A DNA stretch of 64,000 nucleotides, taken from IMG/VR virus record IMGVR_UViG_3300028048_000038, positions 192,001-256,000 of that record, one strand, 5' to 3'. The DNA is from a virus. Taxonomy: Duplodnaviria; Caudoviricetes. The position numbers were made by a program, and so were the translations under genes. The notes under the pieces were generated by a model. That model had not been told where the DNA came from and ran no database searches. It worked only from the letters and a program-made list of their open reading frames with translations. Numbering within the stretch: position 1 is the stretch's first letter; every line of letters starts with the position of its first letter. This document shows, piece after piece, positions 58,083 through 64,000 of the stretch.

Positions 58083-58778
58083 ATGGCTCGTAGGAATAAA
58101 AAGAAAATATATAGTATTATATTAATCAATCACGGCAAACAGTTACATACAATATATTCAGATACAACAGAAGAAAAGATATATAAGAAGTTTGAAAAGT
58201 TATTAAAGGAAAATAAGAAAATAATGTTTCCAATAAGATATAACAACCACAAACATGTAATGATTGAATCTGAATACGAACTTGTCATCATCAAATGTAG
58301 GGATGATAATGAGAGTTTGGTTAATAAAGTTAGAACTGACTCTGGTGAATTCATTGATTATGCCACAACTGATGAAGATTGGATTGTCATTGACCGTGCT
58401 CCATATGACATTGAAGAGACATTTTGGGTATATGGCTATCATCCAAGACTTCAAAGAAAAGATTTTAAATGGATATTTGATAATTTTATCTCAACAGATG
58501 TCAAGAATAAATACATGTTTAAAACAGTGCAAGTATATAAGAACAAACTATTGGTGGATTGTAATGGAAAACTTGAGATGGTAATCTGTAAAAACAGACA
58601 AGATGGAATAAGACTATATAACAAAATTGAGGATGAAACAGTAAAGAATAAATTCAAGTATATTGCTTTTATGGGCGATGTTGGTAAAAGCAGATATAAA
58701 GACGATTGGATTAAAAGAATAAAAGAACTAACCCATTGGAGCGATGAGAAAATTAAAAGACGCAACACAAGACCATGA
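58083..58778 (+). CDS. Hypothetical protein
   Basis: 231-aa coupled ORF. Confidence 0.75.
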   Translation: MARRNKKKIYSIILINHGKQLHTIYSDTTEEKIYKKFEKLLKENKKIMFPIRYNNHKHVMIESEYELVIIKCRDDNESLVNKVRTDSGEFIDYATTDEDWIVIDRAPYDIEETFWVYGYHPRLQRKDFKWIFDNFISTDVKNKYMFKTVQVYKNKLLVDCNGKLEMVICKNRQDGIRLYNKIEDETVKNKFKYIAFMGDVGKSRYKDDWIKRIKELTHWSDEKIKRRNTRP

Positions 58779-58812
58779 AAAAGAGTGAGGATTGTTCCTC
58801 ACTCTTTTTTTT
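58778..58812. terminator. Bidirectional terminator
   Basis: aaaaagagtgagga-ttgt-tcctcactctttttt. Confidence 0.8.
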
Positions 58813-59379
58813 TTACCACATGCCCAAAACTAGGAATGGTGTATTGAAATCTTTCAACGTTGGATGTTTTGTATCCTTTTCAGATAATATAGCCTTATCC
58901 ATAGGTATTCTCCAATCAATACCAAGAGATTCATCCAAGATGTTTATACCGCCATCTGCTTCTGGGTGATAGAACTCATCACACTTATATTGGAATATTG
59001 CTGTATCTGATAGAACTGAAAATCCGTGTGCAAATCCCTTTGGGATGAATAATTGTCTGTGATTATCTTCTGTAAGTTCTACAGCAACGTGTTTTCCGTA
59101 TGTTGGACTGCCCTCTCTTATGTCTACGGCAACATCCAATACCGACCCCTTAACACACCTTACTAACTTACTCTGTGTATATGGCGGCTTCTGAAAATGT
59201 AAGCCTCTCATGACTCCATAAGATGACTTGCTTTCATTATCTTGAACGAAATTTATCTTTCCTACCTTTTCTTCAAATTCTCTCTGTGAGAAAGATTCAA
59301 AGAAATATCCCCTTGAATCCTCAAAAATCTTAGGTTCTATAATTACAACACCCTCAATATCAGTCTTTATTACATTCAT
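58813..59379 (-). CDS. rmlC: dTDP-4-dehydrorhamnose 3,5-epimerase
   Basis: DSRGYFFES, FVQDNES, RGLHFQ, GFAHGF, YKCDEFY. Confidence 0.95.
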   Translation of the reverse strand: MNVIKTDIEGVVIIEPKIFEDSRGYFFESFSQREFEEKVGKINFVQDNESKSSYGVMRGLHFQKPPYTQSKLVRCVKGSVLDVAVDIREGSPTYGKHVAVELTEDNHRQLFIPKGFAHGFSVLSDTAIFQYKCDEFYHPEADGGINILDESLGIDWRIPMDKAILSEKDTKHPTLKDFNTPFLVLGMW

Positions 59380-59621
59380 CTTTGCTTTATAATAACTTTA
59401 ACCAAATCAATATTTATGTCTATTTCTCCTTCAGATGGTATAAACTCTTCATCTTCGCTCTTTCTGTTTCTCAAGAACAAATCTTCATCAACTTTCTTAA
59501 ATTCATTCTCATTAAGATACACGTAAAGTTCAGATTGATTTGCAACACCATCTTCCTTTAGTTTCTCCGAAATCATTTGACCAAGCTCAAATATGCTAAA
59601 AGTTCCAAACTTAAATTCCAT
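59376..59621 (-). CDS. Hypothetical protein
   Basis: 81-aa coupled ORF. Confidence 0.65.
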   Translation of the reverse strand: MEFKFGTFSIFELGQMISEKLKEDGVANQSELYVYLNENEFKKVDEDLFLRNRKSEDEEFIPSEGEIDINIDLVKVIIKQR

Positions 59622-59622
59622 T

Positions 59623-59844
59623 TCAATTGAACATTTTCAAGAAATTATTAATCTTAAACTTTACTTTTGTCCAGAAAGTAAACTCAACTTTCTTATTGCC
59701 ACTTAAAACCTCATCCATGTCTTTGCCCATTGTCCCTTTCAATTGTTCTGCGATATTCCATTGATGTCCCTTTAGGGCTAGTCTATCCATTTTCTTCTCG
59801 CTATTGTAAGTGACTAGTTCTCTTTCAAACTCATTCATTTGCAT
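59623..59844 (-). CDS. Hypothetical protein
   Basis: 73-aa coupled ORF. Confidence 0.65.
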   Translation of the reverse strand: MQMNEFERELVTYNSEKKMDRLALKGHQWNIAEQLKGTMGKDMDEVLSGNKKVEFTFWTKVKFKINNFLKMFN

Positions 59845-60193
59845 TACTCCTTTCTAAAGCCTCTTGAAAAGTATGTATCAACCATACAATGCCGCTTGCA
59901 AAAAAGCCATCTAGAATCATTATTACCCACCAAGGAGAATAGCCAGCAAGTAACAGCATCATTGGAGTAAGTGCAAGTTCTGGTAAGAAAAATGAATTTG
60001 TTATACTAAGAATAAATCCTACCCAAGTAGGAAAACATATCATACATGAGAACAGCTCTCCAAGATTAGGACTAAGTTTATTAGCTAAATCTCTAATTTT
60101 ATCATACACATGAGCTGGACCGTGGGCATACACAAAATGATTTGAAATAGCATATGCAACAATTGAAAAAACAAAAACAACAATCCACTCCAT
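59831..60193 (-). CDS. DUF1360-like membrane protein
   Basis: LGELFSCMICFPTWVG plus transmembrane helices. Confidence 0.7.
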   Translation of the reverse strand: MEWIVVFVFSIVAYAISNHFVYAHGPAHVYDKIRDLANKLSPNLGELFSCMICFPTWVGFILSITNSFFLPELALTPMMLLLAGYSPWWVIMILDGFFASGIVWLIHTFQEALERSNANE

Positions 60194-60669
60194 TACTGTT
60201 CCTCCGTTATTTCTTCTACAGTATTATTTTCTTCAATTTGAGACTCTTCTTGTGGCTTCTCAGCCTCTTTCTTCTTCTTGGTGTACTTCCTCTTAGGTTT
60301 CTCAGTTTTAACCTTCTCAGTGACAAATTTAAGTGTTGTCAACTCGTCATATGAAAGCTCTGAGAATAGTTCCTTCAATTCAGTAACCTTATCCTTAAGA
60401 AGCTTGAGTTTAAGCACAATATCGTTATTTGCCTTGATTGTTTCCTCAACCAAGTCAAACATGTCTTCATAACTAGTATCCTTTGAATCTGCATAGTAAT
60501 AGGTTAAAGCGCCATCATCTGATGGAGTAACCTTTATCCTACCGTCATTGGAAGGATATGCTTTCCAGTTTCTTGGATATACGACCTTGACCATGAGTGC
60601 CTCATTGTACATTTCTATGCCACGAAAATAAGGCTTCATGTCATTCATTCTTTCTTGTAATGTCTTCAT
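60193..60669 (-). CDS. Hypothetical coiled-coil protein
   Basis: 158 aa. Confidence 0.7.
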   Translation of the reverse strand: MKTLQERMNDMKPYFRGIEMYNEALMVKVVYPRNWKAYPSNDGRIKVTPSDDGALTYYYADSKDTSYEDMFDLVEETIKANNDIVLKLKLLKDKVTELKELFSELSYDELTTLKFVTEKVKTEKPKRKYTKKKKEAEKPQEESQIEENNTVEEITEEQ

Positions 60670-60861
60670 TTAAAATCCGCAAATCAACATTGTTAGTATA
60701 TATGATAATGCAACACCGAAAACGATAAGCTCGTTCTGTGTAGCTAGTTTTCCACTCTTAAGACGGAAAACACTTATAACATGGAATATATCGACAATCA
60801 ATGTCAATATAGCCATTATAAACAAAAATACTTTTAACTGTAATAATAAAGTTGCAATCAT
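60670..60861 (-). CDS. Small two-TM membrane protein
   Basis: 63-aa hydrophobic ORF. Confidence 0.6.
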   Translation of the reverse strand: MIATLLLQLKVFLFIMAILTLIVDIFHVISVFRLKSGKLATQNELIVFGVALSYILTMLICGF

Positions 60862-61058
60862 GGTTCTACCATATTTTCTGTGTGATTATTCTTAACTGTA
60901 ATGATTTCATCACCATTGACAGCACGTTCAACCCCATCAACATCAACCAAATACATATTAGCTGGTTTGAATGTAAATGGATTGACCAATTTCATCATGT
61001 CTTTTACAACATAATCACCATCCTTTGTGGTAATTATACTACCCTTCTTTATCTCCAT
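60858..61058 (-). CDS. Small hypothetical protein
   Basis: 66-aa coupled ORF. Confidence 0.6.
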   Translation of the reverse strand: MEIKKGSIITTKDGDYVVKDMMKLVNPFTFKPANMYLVDVDGVERAVNGDEIITVKNNHTENMVEP

Positions 61059-61137
61059 AATTATATTAAATATTACATTCTTTATAAAAGATAAAAAAAA
61101 TGCTCAAAAACTAAATAGTTTTCAAGCATTTTATATT

Positions 61138-61614
61138 TTAATATCCACTTTCGGCATCATTAGCGAAATCTCCAACTTCTATCTTCTTATATATCACCCT
61201 TGCAAGATGGTCTCCAAGTGTTGTATTAAACCATTCGTCAAATTGTAATGACTGAACATCACTTCGATTCATTTGTCTACCAAAGCCACTATGTCCCAAT
61301 ACAACGTTATCTATAGTGAAATCACCATCAAAACTACCTCTTATAGATACTGCTTCACTCATTCCTTCACCATAATCGGCTTCGAATTCATAATATGAAT
61401 CTCCAGTTTCCCAGACATATACATTCCTTAAATCTTGAGGTGTTATATGTTCAACTTCACTTATTGGATTATAAGTGTCAAGCTCATTTGGATTTCCAGT
61501 ACTTGCAAAGTCTTCATCTGAGAACTGATTAAAATCTTCTTTCAAGATTCTAGTTACAGATTCTTTTACAATGTTATGGAGTTCGCCTTCTGTTAATCTA
61601 ATTATCTTTTTCAT
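61138..61614 (-). CDS. Acidic protein with KIIRLTE leader (putative internal virion protein)
   Basis: MKKIIRLTEGELHNIVKESV. Confidence 0.7.
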   Translation of the reverse strand: MKKIIRLTEGELHNIVKESVTRILKEDFNQFSDEDFASTGNPNELDTYNPISEVEHITPQDLRNVYVWETGDSYYEFEADYGEGMSEAVSIRGSFDGDFTIDNVVLGHSGFGRQMNRSDVQSLQFDEWFNTTLGDHLARVIYKKIEVGDFANDAESGY

Positions 61615-61615
61615 A

Positions 61616-62317
61616 TTACTTTAAATCTAATGTTACTGAAGCGCCAACCATTATACCCCATTGTTTATTGATTGGGTCATAACCAACAGTGACACCAGGC
61701 CCGAATGAGAATCTGTCCAAGAAGTTTCTCTTCTCTTTCTTTTTCCAAACGGTTGGGTTTGTTACCGTTCCACCATTATCTGGTTTAATCGTTATCTCGT
61801 TAGCTCCACCTTCTTCTTTATTAACTATCGTAAACTTATTCTTCACCTTTGCTTGTATTGAATACCAATTTGGTTCTGTAAACGAATTTACATTCAACTT
61901 ATATTGGAATGTGTCATTTGGCTCGCTTGCATATTCATATGTCTTCGCAACTGAAGGAATAACCATAGGAATTGTATCATATACGGCACTATCCTTTATA
62001 ATTGGCTTACTACTGCTTTGACCAGTATTATATTCCTTTTCATGATAGAACTGTACAATATAGTCTATTTTGTCCTTGTATTGTTTCAAGGAATCATATA
62101 GTTCTCTGTTTTCTTTCTTTAGTTCCTTGAATTTCTTCTCATAGTACACCTTGTGATATGTTCCAGTGGTGTCGGTGAACTCTATTTCATCTATATGTTT
62201 CTGTTTTTCATGAAGTTTATAGTTGAAATATGCCACCAATCCTATTATCAAAACAATCAATAGTGCAATTATCCATGAAGAATATTTCTCGTAAAACTTT
62301 TTAAAAAATTCTTTCAT
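61616..62317 (-). CDS. Membrane-anchored coiled-coil protein (possible unimolecular spanin-like)
   Basis: N-terminal TM, coiled coil, C-terminal amphipathic beta hairpin FSFGPGVTVGY...GASVTLDLK. Confidence 0.45.
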   Translation of the reverse strand: MKEFFKKFYEKYSSWIIALLIVLIIGLVAYFNYKLHEKQKHIDEIEFTDTTGTYHKVYYEKKFKELKKENRELYDSLKQYKDKIDYIVQFYHEKEYNTGQSSSKPIIKDSAVYDTIPMVIPSVAKTYEYASEPNDTFQYKLNVNSFTEPNWYSIQAKVKNKFTIVNKEEGGANEITIKPDNGGTVTNPTVWKKKEKRNFLDRFSFGPGVTVGYDPINKQWGIMVGASVTLDLK

Positions 62318-62320
62318 ACG

Positions 62321-63079
62321 TTAATGGTTTTTCATAACTATATCCAAGTCCAACAATTGTGTCAACGTCTTGTCGTGCTCAGTAAGTTTCTTTTCTATCA
62401 ATGAAGGGTCTGGAACATCTTCGTATCTATGGTATGACACGCACAAGAAGCCAAGTGGTGTACCACCGCTGCTTATATAAATCATTCCAAGATATACGCC
62501 CCCAACACTCTTAATGTGATTAGCGAATTCGCAGTCAATCTTCTCTATCTCATCAACAGTTCCGATAATCATCTTCTGCTTTTGCAGATAATGAGGATAT
62601 TTGTAAAGTGTCAACGGAATATCTTGAAACTGCATTGCAATTCTGTCAACCTTTTTTTCTTCATTGACCTCTTCATATGACATATCTGCAAACCTGAAAG
62701 GAAGCCCACTTGTATTTCTCTTACCGTTGTGCAGTTCAAACAAGAATGCTCTATCTGCATTAAGTGTATATGTAAGTAATTGGAGGTCATGTTGTATCTT
62801 AGGTGTTACAACAAAATCCCTTATATTCTCCTCTTTCTGGCTTTTAACCAAATTCATCGATGTCTCATGCATCGCATCTTTATCGCTTATGAACTTGTAA
62901 GCGAAAAATCCTCCTAATAGTGTGGCTAGAAAGAAAAACATAACTAAATAAACTTTAACAATCCTTGTCCACTTTGCATTTGCGATAGTATTTGCAACAT
63001 TGTTCAATGCTTTTGTGATTGAAGAAACTTTCTCTCCGCTAGGTTGATTTAAATTAATATTTATGTCCTTGTTTTCCAT
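62321..63079 (-). CDS. Putative T4 gpT-like holin (single TM plus GAF-like domain)
   Basis: Single TM followed by ADRAFLFELHNG...GFLCVSY. Confidence 0.55.
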   Translation of the reverse strand: MENKDININLNQPSGEKVSSITKALNNVANTIANAKWTRIVKVYLVMFFFLATLLGGFFAYKFISDKDAMHETSMNLVKSQKEENIRDFVVTPKIQHDLQLLTYTLNADRAFLFELHNGKRNTSGLPFRFADMSYEEVNEEKKVDRIAMQFQDIPLTLYKYPHYLQKQKMIIGTVDEIEKIDCEFANHIKSVGGVYLGMIYISSGGTPLGFLCVSYHRYEDVPDPSLIEKKLTEHDKTLTQLLDLDIVMKNH

Positions 63080-63108
63080 TTCTACCTTTATACTAAATTA
63101 AATCGTTA

Positions 63109-63933
63109 TTAATCCTTCATTAACTTTCTAGCCTTATTTACCATATCGGCAAATTCCTTGTCCTCTTGTACCCTAAAACTAGAAGTTGATGTCTTAGCCT
63201 CTGCGTATTTATAGTCCCAAAGCTGTTTCATTCTCTCCTTCTGTTCATTTACCAAGGTCATGTTAGGCTTCTTAGTAACTACTGGCTCTTTAGCATGCCA
63301 TTCAACAAGATACTGATTATCAGCACTGTCTTTCATTACGAATCTGTTACCTTCTGTCTTATACTCATCTGGAATTCTAGTCATCATGTGATTCTCAGAA
63401 ATAAATTGCGTATTCTTAAAGGTAAGCATCTTGATTTTCTTTGACTCTCCCATTGTTTTCCTATTTTTTTCTACTTCAGTTTTATTAAGTTCTCTACCCG
63501 TTAAACCAATTTCAACTGCTGCGTCCTTACCGTCCTTAACAGCTTCAGCATGGTCTACTGCTGCTTTATAAATATTGCCCTCATCATCAAATGTTGCATT
63601 TCCAAAAGGTTCACCTTTGTGTTTGGTCTCTGCATCTTTTGATGGGTAGCCCTTCATCTGAGACTTAACTCTGTCTTGGAAAGGCTTATTGATGCTATCA
63701 TAGGTCAAATCATGCATACCTTTGTTGTCAGTGGCTGCAATACCACCACCAAGTTTCTTCTTGTCCTTTGTAAGTCCACCGTCATATTTCTCGGTTTCCT
63801 TCTTGGTATCACTGTAAGCCTTGTCATTGATTTTTTTGCTTTCATCTGCCCCAAAAACAACAGGTTTAAACTCATTTTGGCTTTCCTTGATGATTTGCCT
63901 CAAATTACCTACATTTATTTTTACGATACTCAT
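63109..63933 (-). CDS. Hypothetical (possible head-associated) protein
   Basis: 274 aa, charged; leader ...LRQIIKES. Confidence 0.6.
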   Translation of the reverse strand: MSIVKINVGNLRQIIKESQNEFKPVVFGADESKKINDKAYSDTKKETEKYDGGLTKDKKKLGGGIAATDNKGMHDLTYDSINKPFQDRVKSQMKGYPSKDAETKHKGEPFGNATFDDEGNIYKAAVDHAEAVKDGKDAAVEIGLTGRELNKTEVEKNRKTMGESKKIKMLTFKNTQFISENHMMTRIPDEYKTEGNRFVMKDSADNQYLVEWHAKEPVVTKKPNMTLVNEQKERMKQLWDYKYAEAKTSTSSFRVQEDKEFADMVNKARKLMKD

Positions 63934-64000
63934 AATTAATTAAATTTATCTATATTGATTTATGTATAATCCCCTTAACATTTGCTCAAACATAAGTTGA

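Noticed and set aside
54-63939. Numerous short plus-strand or nested ORFs in the track (e.g. 4792..5118, 30980..31330, 41709..42125, 43637..44065)
   Set aside because: They are antisense or out-of-frame shadows of long well-supported genes, with no recognisable motifs.
1-64000. TAG/TGA stop-codon recoding as in Lak and some crAss-like phages
   Set aside because: Genes up to 2300 aa are intact in the standard code, and TAG (e.g. 36612, 37608) and TGA end genes at sensible positions. The apparent gap at 1-2161 is just an ORF running off the window edge.

Overview
The window is an AT-rich segment of a large lytic myovirus-like (probably jumbo) phage infecting Bacteroidota, most likely Prevotella-like. 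It uses the standard genetic code and most genes are on the minus strand. The host call rests on ten TTTG-N19/20-TAnnTTT(G/A)-type Bacteroidetes housekeeping-sigma promoters, a C10 protease with a type IX secretion (T9SS) C-terminal signal, and a Bacteroidales-like rmlC. Positions 1-37.6 kb hold the tail-fibre/baseplate block: Cys-rich Ig/BACON-like fibre proteins, an S74-chaperoned fibre, a 2300-aa protein, and gp6-like and gp25-like wedge proteins. This block is interrupted by an accessory island (6.5-9.1 kb) and two repeat-containing homing endonucleases. Positions 37.6-47.6 kb hold nrdD, an FTR-like gene, nrdG, a helicase, a 5'-3' exonuclease, a gp88-like Fe-S protein and a neck protein. 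Positions 47.7-64 kb are accessory: a paralog triplet, an HNH, a tRNA cluster, ClpP, a Mom-like enzyme, a vWA protein, rmlC and probable lysis genes. The most notable hypothesis is an Ig-like domain apparently split between neighbouring fibre genes (a C-terminal plug and N-terminal sockets), with a recent chimeric duplicate of exactly those two parts. Also notable are a CC-type NrdD flanked by a ferredoxin:thioredoxin-reductase-like gene, unusual tRNAs and a candidate ncRNA. All family assignments come from motif recognition by eye, not from database searches.
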